This document shows positions 1 to 12,312 of a stretch of DNA of 64,000 bases, piece by piece. The position numbers and the translations under genes were made by a program. The first letter of the stretch is position 1. Each line of letters opens with the position of its first letter. Origin of the DNA: Octopus sinensis (taxonomy: Eukaryota). A model generated the notes under the pieces. The model had not been told where the DNA came from and did not search any database. It saw only the letters and a program-made list of their open reading frames with translations. Where the stretch lies: NCBI RefSeq assembly GCF_006345805.1, contig NC_043000.1:74400001-74464000 (forward strand), in the 5' to 3' direction.

Positions 1-1100
1 ATATTTACCCAAGAAATCTCTGAAATCGCAAAAGCTTTCAGAAAGCAAGATGCACTAAAATTTGCAAACAAACATGAAAAAATGAACATTTGCATTTATA
101 CTGATCTATTTCTAGTAAATATATTATTGTAGTAAATAAATTATATTTACCCAAGAGATATAGACAAAAACTTATTATTATTGTGTAGACAAAAACTTAT
201 TATTAAATCATTCTATACACAGTAAAACACGAATTGTGCCAAAAAGTGTGCTTATTTGTTGTTAATATTTTTGCACATTTTGTTTTCTGAAAACTTTTGA
301 TATTTTAGTGATACATATAATTTTACTATCAACTAGTTAAACAAAGAGATCACTAAAATCACAAAAGTTTTCAAACAAACTGTCAGAATATTGCAAATAA
401 GAATAAAAAGTGAACAATATATTTAATTGAAATTTATATTTTAGCAATTATTTGCAATATTTTGACATTTAGTTTTATAAAAACTTTTGATATTTTAGTG
501 GTCTTTTGGATAAAAATATAATATTATAATCAATCAAAATATCACAAAGGTTTTCAAAAAACAAAATGTGCCAAAATATTGCAAATAAGTATAAAAAGTA
601 AACAAAATTAACAATTGCACATAATTGCTAATTCGAATTTATTATATTTTAATACTTATTTGACAAATTTGGTTTTCTGAAAACTTTTGTGATTTTGGTA
701 ATCGGTTAGATATGATCTTTTTATGAATCAAGATATTTTCCCAAGAGATCTCTGAAATAGGAATATATTGCAAATGTGCATGAAGAAGTAAAGAAAATGC
801 CATTCATACTGATATATTTCTACAAAAAGTAAGATACAAAAACCCAAGAGACAAAAACTTATGAATCAGTTAAACCATTGTATACAGAAAAACTTATTTT
901 CAATGAGTATTATACATTTGCGTCATGACATTTTTTTGATAAAACTTTCATAACTAAGTAATGGAGATCACTGAAACCAAAAAAATTTTCAGAAAACAAA
1001 ATGAGCGATGATATTGCTAACAAATAATACATTTTTTTTACATTTTACATTTTTGACATTTTTTTGACAGACACTTTTCATACTCATTTTTAAAAAACTT
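1..1100. repeat. AT-rich array of alternately inverted ~50-60 bp modules (foldback-like serial palindromes), block 1
   Basis: Module atcactaaaatcacaaaagttttcagaaaacaaaatgtgccaaaatattgcaaataag recurs in both orientations, e.g. arm 264-312 pairs with arm 349-392 around a 36-nt loop; similar pairs near 445-500/530-590 and 920-945/965-1010. Confidence 0.8.
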
Positions 1101-1960
1101 TTATACTAATAATCCCATATGCATTGCAAATAAAAACAGATATAGTTAGAGCTTTGCATAATGTAATATTTAGGCACTTTGGTAAGGGTAAGAATAAATT
1201 TGGTCAATTACTTAACAATGGAACTGTTAGAATAGCATTACACATAATCTAGCCATTATCATCTCATCATTTAATAACAGGAAACTGGCTTGCTTCTATA
1301 ATGACAGAAAGTTAAATTTAGATAATAGTAATTTGCCTCTCTATAATCGTAGGAACTTTTGGAGCTAACGCAAACAACCTTCTTGCAAATCATGATAGTA
1401 CCTGTAAGGAAAAATATTAATGTAATAGATGATACCACTACCACCAATACTATCGCCAATAATGACAAATCAAATCATTCGTTGAATTTGGGATTGGATA
1501 GTAAAAATAATTGTAACACTATTAATGGGAATAGTATTGCAGAAATTTTGGCCAATATTAGATTAATCCAACCTGTTGATAACTGTAATTTCAGAAACAG
1601 AAACAAATGTGTGTTTGGTAATCAATGCCTCAAAAAAGAGGGATACACAATTTAGCAGTAGGGTATACATCAGAGCAACTATGAATACCATGAAACAGAG
1701 ACTTAAATATCATAGATATACTTTTAGAAATAAAAATAGGATGTACTCTACGGGGTTAAGTGCGCATATTTGGGAACTCAAAAGTAAGAACTTAAATTGG
1801 AAAATAGTAACTTCTGCTCTCTATGTATTAATGAAATTTTTCATCATCAAAGTTGGTAGGCCTATTATTAATAATAATAATGAAAAAAACTTTTTTTGCA
1901 TTTATAAACTACCGTACACTTTCTCTAGATACAACTTAGCTTTTCTACAAGTAATATTAG
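1100..1960 (+). mobile_element. Penelope-like element, 3' part (linker + GIY-YIG endonuclease), degraded
   Basis: Translations across frameshifts: IKTDIVRALHNVIFRHF..NNGTVRIA; DNCNFRNRNKCVFGNQCLKK (CxC-x4-C-x4-C type); MKQRLKYHRYTF..STGLSAHIWELK..NWKIV; CSLCINE..IINNNNE..C. These match the C-terminal GIY-YIG region of PLEs. Confidence 0.8.
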
Positions 1961-2099
1961 GGTTGCCTATCAAATTGTTATTTTTAGTAAAAGCCTTGTT
2001 CCTCCTCCATCCCATGTTTACTATCTTTAACAATGTCATTGTCATGTTACCATAATGTCATATTACCATAATTATTGCGTAAATAAACTTTACTATTAT

Positions 2100-3057
2100 C
2101 ATATCTACCATTAGTTTTGATATTATTAATATTACTACCATGTGCGCTAATTTATTTAAACTAACGTCAACAGCTCCGAGATTAACAACACCTCTATCAT
2201 ATGCGTTTTTATATATCCTATTTTTCCTAATCCTACAGTTGCTCTAAATTTATTGGTGTTGTTCTTAATAGTTCCACCTGTATTTGAAGGATTAGTTTTG
2301 GGTATATACCATATTTTACTTTTGTAGCCTGCTTTCAGCAATGCTGTATTATATCTATCACAATGCTTCAGGATAGATAAGAGACTAGTGATCTTTTAAT
2401 TTGAGGGGGTGATTGCTAGAACGGTTTATTCTAAGTTAGAATTGGGTTTAATAAAAGGTTCATGTATCCCATTAGTAAGGTTGCAATTGACATATAAATA
2501 ATTGGCAGAATACTTTTCATTTTCAATAATTATGGATAGGCCAAAACTTTTAAAAAATTTATACAGATCCAGTCTCATATTTGATGTATTATTTACCAAA
2601 AATAAAGCGTCATCCCTATATAGTCCCCTTTTAATTCAGGGAATTCCCTACTAAGGTTATCCAGATCAGTCACTTCCGCTGAATCCGGCGATCCCATTGT
2701 GATGTCGAACAAGTTGCGTGTGTCTTTTCTAGCCCAATGTGTGTTATCAAACTCTATTAACGTTTTTCTAGCTGTTAAGATAACCCTAATCTCCCCCATA
2801 CTTAATTTAGTGTGTCTCCTAGCAAAAATTAAAGCCTTATTTAATATAATAGGGTCTATGGATGTGTAGTAATTTTGTATATCAAATTGGATAAATTTAC
2901 TTCTATTATTATCACACCTTAATGGCAGAAAACCAATCTAATGCACCTTGAGTATTCTTCCAAGTATTCTTCTAAGTTTAATTTTGTTACGTATAGTTGG
3001 TAAATATTTGTCCAGAATAAGTTTACTCAGATTTGGTAGGGCAAATCAATCTGACAT
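2100..3057 (-). mobile_element. Penelope-like element reverse transcriptase (YRDD type), degraded
   Basis: Minus-strand motifs in order: VRLICPTKS, SKLILDK, ALDWF, FIQFDIQNYYTSI (2859-2895), FDITMGSPDSAEVTDL, GLYRDDAL (2604-2626), SNHP, LKAGY. Confidence 0.85.
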
Positions 3058-3600
3058 GCGTGTTACCAAGAAAGTGAAAGCTTTTCAATGGAAGCTTGGA
3101 CTTTTTGCCAAGCAGCTGAATGAGCAAAAATTTATTCACTTCCCTCTGCTGAAAACACAGTCTGTTACACAAGAATCATCGGACATGTACTGTTCCCAGT
3201 TGATGGCTTTACAAAAGGAATTCATTAGAAGATTTGCTGATTTCAAGTTGCCTGTGACATTGAAACAACTACCGAGGAACTGCAAGCCGACAATTCTTTA
3301 AAGATGATGTTTGAAAGTAAACCACTGGTCGAGTTTTATGCTTCACTACATTCAAAAAAGTTTCAAAATCTAAAAATATTTGCAAGAAAGATGTTTGTGT
3401 TGTTTGCATCAACTTACATATGTGAGCAGACTTTCTCCATCATGAAAATTAACAAGCGGAAGAATCGATCACTTCTCACAGACTCAAATCATCAGTCAGT
3501 GTTAAGAATCAGCACAAGCAACTTGACACCTAATTTTGACAAACTGGTAAATGACAGTAGTCAGCTGCATCATTCTCATTGACATTGTTATTTACAGAGC
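3052..3600 (+). mobile_element. hAT-superfamily transposase C-terminal fragment (Charlie/SPIN/GTF2IRD2-like), inserted in the PLE
   Basis: VKAFQWKLGLF..HFPLL..LQKEFIRRFADF and EFY..FQNLKIFARKMFVLFASTYICEQTFSIMKINKRKNRSLLTD..SVLRIST (hAT dimerisation domain). No TIRs identified. Confidence 0.85.
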
Positions 3601-3604
3601 CGCT

Positions 3605-3880
3605 TTGTTTTTCAAATAAATGCTTCAGGTGACGTTTCTAATTTAAAATCTTTTATTTTGGGTATCCTAGAATTATGGTTGTCCATAATATTAAGAGGTG
3701 GTTGTCCACAATTACTGCAGATTTTAGTAGGGGTATAAGGTTTAGTTTTTTCTAACATTATTTCTCTAATCTCAAGGTTTAGTTTTCTAAGTGTGTCAAA
3801 GGTACAATTTTATATTCTTTGGTAATTTCTTTGTGTAGTAATTCATATTATATATGTTACTGGTCAGAATGGGTTAGAAT
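3605..3880 (-). mobile_element. Penelope-like element, segment N-terminal to the RT core
   Basis: YELLHKEITKEYKIV...KLETSPEAFI resembles the Y..LL...ITK.YK....AFITLKDHK region that precedes RLINP.KS in this PLE type; continues on the other side of the hAT fragment. Confidence 0.55.
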
Positions 3881-3989
3881 ACCGTTCTTACCCTTAAGCG
3901 TTCTTATATACATATATATATATACATATAAAATATATACATATATATACATATATAGATATATATACAAATATGAGTATATATATATA

Positions 3990-5440
3990 TATAATATATA
4001 TATATATTTGCAATATTTTGATGCATTTATATTTTTGATAACTTGGATATTTATAATCTTACATCGCTCAATTAAATCACTAAAATGTAATAAAATATTG
4101 CAAAGATATCAATCGGTTAATTTATACTTACCAAAGAGACCACTGAAACTACAAGTGTTTATTGCAAATAAGCATAAAAAGTGCACAAAATTGCTAATTC
4201 AAATTTGTTATATTTTATATTGGACACATTTGGTTTTCTAAAAACTTTTATTTTAATAATAAAATCTTAAAAGTACTAAAAAAAGCCGCATTTGAATTAG
4301 CGATAAATGTAATCTAATTATCAATCAGTTAAACAAAGAGATCACTGATATCACAAAAGTTTTCAGAAAACAAAACGTGTCAAAATATCGCAAATAAAAA
4401 TGAAAAGTGAACAAAGATATTAACCCAAGAAATCTCTGAAATCACAAAAGCACTAAAATATTGGAAACAAACATGAAAAAATAAACAAATTTTCTAGTAA
4501 GCATACTATTCTACTAAATAAATTATAGTTACCCAAGAGATATATCATTTCATAGACAAAAACTATTGCCAAAGTTGTATACGCAAAGATTTGCTAATTT
4601 AAATTTCTTGTTTTTAGTACTTATTTGCAATATTTTGGCACAATTTGTTTTCTAAAATATTTTGATATTGCAGTAATAACTACCATCAATTAGTTGAAGC
4701 AAGAGACCAATGATGTATTTCTAGTAAAGTTATCATTCTACTAAATAAATTATAGTTACCCAAGAGATATATCATTTTATAGACAAAATATTGGCAAATT
4801 GCTAATTGAAATTTGTTGTTTAATACTTATTTGTAATATTTTCGCATATTTGGTTTCTGGAAATTTTTAATATTTTAGTTATGAATATAATCAAAGAGAA
4901 CAAAACTTTTAAGAAAAAAAAAGTGTCAAAATATTGCAAATAAGAATACAAAATATACAGAGATATCAATCAGGTAATTGTGCACAATTTGGTTCCTAAA
5001 AGCTTTGATATTATAGTGATAACTATTATCAATTAGCTAAAGAAAGCGATCATTAAAATTTGAAATTTATTATTCATCATTTATTTGCAATATTTTGACG
5101 CATTTATTTTTTGGATATTTATAATATAACTAAAATGTGATAAAATGTAAGATATCAATTAGTTAACTTATATTTACAAATTTTCTGAAATTACATGAGT
5201 TTATTGCAGATAAGCATAAAAAGTGAACAAAATTGCTAATTAAATTGTTACTATATTATTGTTACATTTTATCACATTTTAGTGATTTAATTGATTAAAA
5301 TAAGATTTATTTATGTAAAAGACTACTAAAAAAAGTCAATTACATATATGTTTACTTTTTATTCTTATTTGCAATACAATATACAAATTGAAATTTGTTC
5401 AGTTTTACGTTTGTTTGCAATATTTTAGAATATCTTATTA
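3990..5440. repeat. AT-rich foldback-like module array, block 2 (more diverged)
   Basis: Same modules (tattgcaaataag, acccaagaga, gttttcagaaaacaaaa) in both orientations; flanked by (TA)n-rich tracts at 3908-4005 and 5440-5670. Confidence 0.75.
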
Positions 5441-5672
5441 TTTTTAATATATGTATATAATATATACATATATATATATAAAATATATATATATTATATA
5501 TATAATAAACACATATAATATATACATATATATAAAATGTATATACATACATATATATTTAAAATCTGTATATAAAATTTATATATATCATATATATATA
5601 TAATTATATATACATATATATACTATATACATATATATATATATAATATATACCTATATATACATATACATA

Positions 5673-6948
5673 AGAGACTTCAATCTACCCAATGTCAGAT
5701 GGCCCGAGGGCCTTTCTCCCCCAGGAATGACAAGATGTGAACGAGGACAGGCGAGGTACCTCCTGAACCTCATCAACACCCTGTACATGGAGCAAGTAAT
5801 ACTCCAACCAACCAGAGCAGGTAACACACTGGATGTCTGCTTCACAAATAAAATGGATCTCATCCATAATATGAAAGTGACACCGACACTACTTTCAGAT
5901 CACAACATGGTAGAGCTGACCATGTACGGGCCAAAAGAGAGCACGGACATGCAGCCTACAAGAAACCCTCAGAATCTTTCCAGCTTGAACTTCAATAAGG
6001 CAAACTGGAAACAAATTGAGAAAGAGATCCTCAAAAAAAACTGGCCTGAAGTCTCTCCTCGCCGGACATCGACATGATACTTCAACAATTCATGTCTGTA
6101 ATGCAAGCCATATGCTACAAATGTGTCCCAGAGAGAAAGGCCACTGTACACAAGAACAAAATCCCCAGAGAGAGGAAAATTTTAATGAGACAGCGTACAA
6201 AAATTTCAAATTGCCTAAACAAACAAATTGAAAGCAGTGAAAAGTCCCGCCTGAAAATAAAACTGTTGGAAATTGAAAATTGTCTGCAACTCTCCCATGA
6301 GAAGGAAAGAGCAGACAAAGAAGCCTGGGCTATAGACAACATAAAAACTAACCCCAGAGCTTTCTACAGGTATGCCAAAGAAACAGCTACGGTGCACTGT
6401 AGGATAGGGCCACTCCTTGAAAAGGATGGCACACTCACAGGAAAACCAATGAGGGTAAGTGAAATACTGAATGAACAATTCAAGAGTGTTTTCACTCCAC
6501 CCCTTGGGCATTTCCAACTCAGCAATCCAACTGACTTCTTTACCACTGCAGATATAGAATCAGAGGCGGCGACGATAAATTATATCGATGTAATAAAGGC
6601 TATAGATGAAATGAAAATAGACTCAGCTATTGGCCCCGATGGATTCCCGGCAATCCTCCTAAAAGTATGTAAGAGAGTCTTAGCAAGACCACTGCAGTTC
6701 CTCTTTCAGAGCTTCCTTGCAGCTGGCAAACTTCCAAGGAAACTGAAGGAAGGTAAAATATGCTCTATTGATAAAGGAGGTAGCAGAGCGGAGGCCAAGA
6801 ACTACAGACCTATCTCTCTGACCTCACATCAGCAAGGTCATGGAACGAATAGTCAGAAGGAAACTAATCACCTTCCTTGAAGAAAATGACTTGCTGCCTG
6901 ACACCCAACATGGTTTCCGACCAGGAAGAAGCTGCTTAACTCAGCTCC
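5673..6948 (+). mobile_element. CR1-group (APE-RT) LINE fragment, truncated at both ends
   Basis: DFNLPNVRW, PTRAGNTLDVCFTN, LLSDHNMV (APE); IKTNPRAFYRYAK, EILNEQFKSVFT, GPDGFPAILLK, NYRPISLTS, QHGFRPGRSCLTQL (RT N-terminal part); stops abruptly at 6948. Confidence 0.85.
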
Positions 6949-8814
6949 ACACGGTTTCGTGTACGTGAACGTGGACGTAGGCGCGACCGATGCCGTCAGT
7001 CGCCGGGAGTGTGTGGCGATATGCAGCGGGTGAATACAGCGACGTGTTCCGACCCGTAAGCTGACGGATCGGCCCCGGCTGGATAGTCACGGTCTAGGTG
7101 ACCGTCGCACCCCAAGGGGGTCAAGACTATATTGAGGGCTTGCAGTCGGCAGGTGGATGTCTCAGGGATCGTTCGGCAGGATGCCCGAGACGTCAGCCCG
7201 GTGGGTGGCCGCCGCCTTCACACCACCCTGCATTCTCCGTTCGTCCACGCGTCGCGGAGCCGCCAGCGGCAGGCCTGCTCCGGTCGCCCGTTACTCCGCC
7301 GCGCTACCATGCGCGATAAGGCGTTTACGAGATACACGCGGTCGATACGGCGACGTGGTCCGTCCCGCAAAATTCCGAAAGATGACAACTGCGGCTAGCA
7401 CGAGGTGGAGGCAGGCCTGCGCCGGTCGCCCGTTGCTCCGCCGCGCTACCGTGCCCGAAATCGAAAGAACGAAACTAAGCGCGCGGCTTCGCCCACGAAC
7501 GCATGGACGTAGCGAGATGCAGGCGCTTGATACGGCGACGTGGTCCGTCCCGTAAATTCCCGAAAGATGACAAACTGCGGCCAGTGTAAGTAGGGGCTGC
7601 CTACGCCAGGCCTTCGACCGCAGCTCCGCCGCGTTACCGTGCCCGTAATCGAAAGAACGAACCTAAGCTCGCGTTATGTGGACGTAGGCGCGATCGATGC
7701 CGTCAGTCTCCGGAAGTGTGTGGAGATACGAACCGAGTAAATAGAGCGACGTGGTCCGACCCGTAAGGTTACGGGTCGGCCCCGGCTGGATAGTCACGCT
7801 CTAGGTTACCGTCGCACCCCAAGTATATTGCGGGATCGTTCGGCAGCATGCTCGAGACGTCAGCCTAAGACGCCGTCAGCCCGGCGGGTGGCCGCCGCCT
7901 TCACGCCACCTTGCTTTCTCTGTTCGTCCACGCGCCGCGGGGCAGGCCTGCGCCGGTCACCCGTTTCTCCGCCGCGCTACCGTGCCCGAAAACGAAAGAA
8001 CGAACCTAAGCGTGCGGTATCGCCCACGTACGCGTGGACGTAGCCGCGACCGATGTCGCGAGATGCACGCGCGCGATACGGCGATGTGGTCCGCACCGTA
8101 AATTCCCGAAAGATGACAACTGCGGGCTGTCTTCGCCAGCAGCTCCGCCACGTTACCATGCCCGATATCGAAAGAGCGAACCTAAGCTCGCGGTATGGCC
8201 CACGTACGTGTGGATGTACCCGCGACCGATTACTGGAGTTCACGAGATACACGCGGTCGATACCGCGACGTGGTCCGTCCCGTAAAATCCCGAAGATGAC
8301 ACAACTGCGGCCAGTGCAGATACCAGCCGATAGCGGCGGGCATGCGCCCGCCTTCGACCGCAGCTCCGCCGCGCTACCATGAGGCTGAAGTGAGGCTGAC
8401 CGCAGTCCGGACAAAGTTCGTCACAGCCGTTTCGAAAGGAGGAAGCGACCACCGACGCATAGGGCACCGGGTGAGTCTTAAAGCTGCAGCGGGCCCTCCC
8501 ATCGCCGCTGCCCCTCTCGTCTGCCGCCTTAGTCGCTGGCCCGAAACCGGCCCCAATCGACCCGCACCGGGGCCGCTGCGGACGGAGCACAAACCGTTTT
8601 TTACTCCGCGAACGCTTCTTCGCGCGTTGTCTCGTTTGTTTTCGCCTCCCCAGCGTTGGATGAGGCGCGCATGTATACAAACGGCGGCCGAACTCATGAG
8701 CGCTCGCCTCTGTTTTCGGCCCGCCGATTCCTCTTCTTATTTTCTTCCAATCGGCGGCAGCGGCTGCATCGCGAGCTTCCGCCGCTGCCGCGCTTCGTTT
8801 CTAAACGTCGGTGA
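6949..8814 (+). repeat. rDNA intergenic/external transcribed spacer fragment with GC-rich subrepeats
   Basis: Very GC/CpG-rich island directly upstream of an 18S 5' end; ~185-bp subrepeats (gatacggcgacgtggtccgtcccg..gaaagatgacaactgcgg near 7345, 7530, 8075, 8259) within a ~710-730 bp higher-order duplication (about 6970 vs 7677). Confidence 0.75.
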
Positions 8815-9048
8815 TACCTGGTTAATCCTGCCAGTAGTCATATGCTTGTCTCAAAGCTTATGCCATGCCGTAAACAAAGGGTGAAACTGCGAATGGCTCA
8901 GAAACCGGACCTTATCCTCGGGACCGTATTCTTCCACCGTTGTCGGCGCGTTCTCTGATGGCCCGGAGAAGACGACCGAACCCGATCGCTTAGAGGAAGT
9001 AAAAGTCGTAACAAGTTTTCCGTAGGTGAACCTGCCGAAGGATCATTA
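8815..9048 (+). pseudogene. 18S rRNA: 18S rRNA pseudogene: 5' ~86 nt joined to 3' ~148 nt
   Basis: tacctggttaatcctgccagtagtcatatgcttgtctcaaag and gtgaaactgcgaatggctca (5' end) followed within ~100 nt by agaggaagtaaaagtcgtaacaagttttccgtaggtgaacctgccgaaggatcatta (3' end). Substitutions at conserved positions (GTTGAT>GTTAAT, AAGGTTT>AAGTTTT, CTGCGGAA>CTGCCGAA). Confidence 0.95.
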
Positions 9049-9090
9049 GCGCCGTTTCTAAAAAACGCCAACTTGCGATCCGCCCATTTC
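9049..9090 (+). other. ITS1 stub
   Basis: Short GC-richer sequence right after GATCATTA, before the AT-rich array resumes. Confidence 0.5.
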
Positions 9091-10053
9091 TCAAGTTTCA
9101 AATTAGTTGTTGTTTAGTACTTATTTGTAATATTTTGGCACATTTTGTTTTCTGAAAACTTATTATCAATCAGTGAAACCATAAGCGTTTGTTGCAAGTA
9201 AGCATAAAAATGCAGAAAATTACTAATTTTGAAATTGTTGTATCAAGATATTTACCCAAGAAATCTCTGAAATCGCAAAAGCTTTCAGAAAGCAAGATGC
9301 ACTAAAATTTGCAAACAAACATGAAAAAATGAATATTTGCATTTATACTGATCTATTTCTAGTAAATATATTATTCTAGTAAATAAATTATATTTACCCA
9401 AGAGATATAGACAAAAACTTATTATTATTGTGTAGACAAAAACTTATTATTAAATCATTCTATACACAGTAAAACACGAATTGTGCCAAAAAGTGTGCTT
9501 ATTTGTTGTTAATATTTTTGCACATTTTGTTTTCTGAAAACTTTTGATATTTTAGTGATACATATAATTTTACTATCAACTGGTTAAACAAAGAGATCAC
9601 TAAAATCACAAAAGTTTTCAAACAAACTGTCAGAATATTGCAAATAAGAATAAAAATTAACAATTAACAATTGCACATAATTGCTAATTCGAATTTATTA
9701 TATTTTAATACTTATTTGACAAATTTGGTTTTCTGAAAACTTTTGTGATTTTGGTAATCGGTTAGATATGATCTTTTTATGAATCAAGATATTTCCCCAA
9801 GAGATCTCTGAAATAGGAATATATTGCAAATGTGCATGAAGAAGTAAAGAAAATGCCATTCATACTGATATATTTCTACAAAAAGTAAGATACAAAAACC
9901 CAAGAGACAAAAACTTATGAATCAGTTAAACCATTGTATACAGAAAAACTTTTTTCAATGAGTATTATACATTTGCGTCATGACATTTTTTTGATAAAAC
10001 TTTCATAACTAAGTAATGAGATCACTGAAACCAAAAAAATTTTCAGAAAACAA
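9091..10053. repeat. AT-rich foldback-like array, block 3; near-identical duplicate of 1-999
   Basis: 9248 onward matches position 1 onward almost base for base; a ~190-200 bp stretch of block 1 (about 410-605) is missing between internal subrepeats; ends at the N gap. Confidence 0.9.
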
Positions 10054-10153
10054 NNNNNNNNNNNNNNNNNNNNNNNNNNNNNNNNNNNNNNNNNNNNNNN
10101 NNNNNNNNNNNNNNNNNNNNNNNNNNNNNNNNNNNNNNNNNNNNNNNNNNNNN
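10054..10153. other. Scaffold gap (100 N)
   Basis: Run of exactly 100 N. Confidence 1.
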
Positions 10154-10242
10154 AACAATAGAATTTGCAATCTGTAATATAGCTGATAACTGGAAATTTC
10201 AATGAATAACTTGCTTGGGCGCCAAACCAAAGTAATTGCTGC

Positions 10243-12312
10243 ACCTCTTATGTGTCCATAGCTTACACTGGGTACATCTTATAAAGTTTCTACCTACGCC
10301 TTTTCAACAGATCGAGCAGGGTCATCTACCTGAAGGGATTTGTGGTTTGCCTGCCTTCCTACTTATTAGCTAGGTTGACTCTAAGGCCCCTCGATTCTAA
10401 TCCTTGTTTCCATACTTGAAACTTCTCCTCTAGTTCTGATAGTGACTCAGAAATTAGAGCAAGGTCATCAGCATAGAGGAGCTCCCAGGGGTATCCTGTC
10501 TTGAATTTCTCCGTTATGGCCTGGAGGACTATGATAAATAGGAGGAGGCTGTGGACTGAACCTTGGTGGACCCCTACCTCTACCCGGAATTCTTCACTGT
10601 GCTCGTTGCCAACCCTCTCCTTACTGACAGCGTCCCTCATTGACCACCAGATAAGGGATCGGGGGACCCTGTCAAAGGCTTTCTCAATGTCAATGAAATC
10701 CAGGTACAGGGGCTTATCTTTGGCTAGGTATTTTTCCTGCAGCTGTCTTACCAGAAATATAGCATCAGTGGTGCTTTTCCCTGGCACAAAACCAAACTGC
10801 ATCTCATCCAAACTTACTCTCTCCCTAATTAGTTGGGCTATGACCCTCTCTGTGATTTTCATTACCTGATCCAACAGCTTGATACTTCTGTAATTATTTG
10901 TATCTAAAGCACCACCTTTACCTTTGTAGCAGTTGACTGCTACACCAGTCATTGGGTATGACTCCTTCGTGTATCACCTGGTTAACTATACTGGAGACCA
11001 GGCTATAGCTGACACTGCCAGATATTTTGAGCATCTCTGCAGTAATTTCTGATTGGCTGGGGGCTTTCCCTGCCTTCATACTTTCTATTGCTTTATCTAC
11101 CAAGGTACTGTCAACTCGGATAGCTGGTCCTTCTGTTGGGTCGACATTCAGCAGACTCTCTTTGTCTCATTCATTTTCTATATTCAGCAACCTTTCATAG
11201 TGGCGTCTCCAAACCTCTCTGTTTGCAGCCCCATTTAGCGCAAGAGAACCAGCATCCATGCAGACACATTTCTCTCCGACATGACAATTCTCTCTCACAC
11301 ACTGTCTTGCAACACAAAATACCTCAAGTCTTTGATCCTCATGGCGCAGAACATTGGCAAATTTTTTCTTATCTGCTTTCCCTCTGGTTAAATAAACCTG
11401 TCTCCTAGCTTCTCCTCTGGCAGTCTGATACAATTCCCTGCTACCACCGTTCTTCCAGTCCTTCCAAGCCTGTCTCTTTTCTCTAATAGCCCTGTCTACA
11501 ACATTGTTCCACCACCACGTTATATTGGGTTGAGAGGGGACTTTGCACATTCACAGATTTCGTCAGTGGCTCTCAGCAGGTTGTCCCGTAGAAACCTCCA
11601 GTTGTCTTCTACACTTTGTGAAGCTATATCCCCTTCTATTTTGTCAAAAGCTTTGAGTAATATATGTCTCTAAATCTCTGTCCATTCGCAGAATCTTTAA
11701 GCCTCCAGACCCTTCTTTTCCATGTTGGTCGTCTTCTGGGCATCCACTTAGTCCTGATCCTAAAGTCACTAACTACCAGTCTATGTTGTTGGATACATTC
11801 TTCACCTGGGAAGGTTTTGGAATTTATAAGCTGCCATCTTTCCCTTTTTCTGGCAAGGATCTAGTCAATTTGGCTAGTACGTCGGCCCGATCGGTAGGTG
11901 ACTAGGTGACTGGTGGGTTTTCCTAGGTTACTTGTAGTTTCTTATGGTATTGCAAATCATAAGATCATTTGCAATCGCAGAACTCCAGCAGCCTGGTTCC
12001 CTCCTCATTGCGGGAACCATAACCGTAGCCTCCATGTACACCATGGAAGCCCCCTGTATGTTGTCCAACATGTCCATTGAAGTCACCAGCCACAAAGAGA
12101 AGGTCCCTGTCATTTGTCAATGAGGTAGTCTGCAGTATGATGTCATAGAATCGGTCTTTCTGTCCATCGGGTAGCCCCGGCTGAGGGGCATAGGCCGATG
12201 TAATGGTTGCTAACCCATGGTGAAGCACTAATCTAATCTTAATTATTCTGTCGCATACTCTGACTACTTCAATTACCTTATCTACCCATTTTTCAGTGAG
12301 AAATATACCCAT
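10243..12312 (-). mobile_element. RTE-clade LINE, internal fragment with deletions
   Basis: APE (SAYAPQPGL, AGDFNGHVG), RT (QFGFVPGKSTTDAIF, HQGS, LLYADDLAL); close paralogue of the 16.7-19.7 kb copy; ends inside the PHD-coding part. Confidence 0.9.

Noticed and set aside
8815-9048. Functional rRNA gene or small structured RNA
   Set aside because: Most of 18S is absent, substitutions are non-compensatory, and no 5.8S or 28S follows.
7098-9101. Overlapping Arg/Ala/Pro-rich ORFs of 64-180 aa
   Set aside because: Shadow ORFs of the GC-rich rDNA spacer and 18S remnant; no domain signature.
9978-10244. ORFs containing X runs
   Set aside because: They span the N gap; artefacts.
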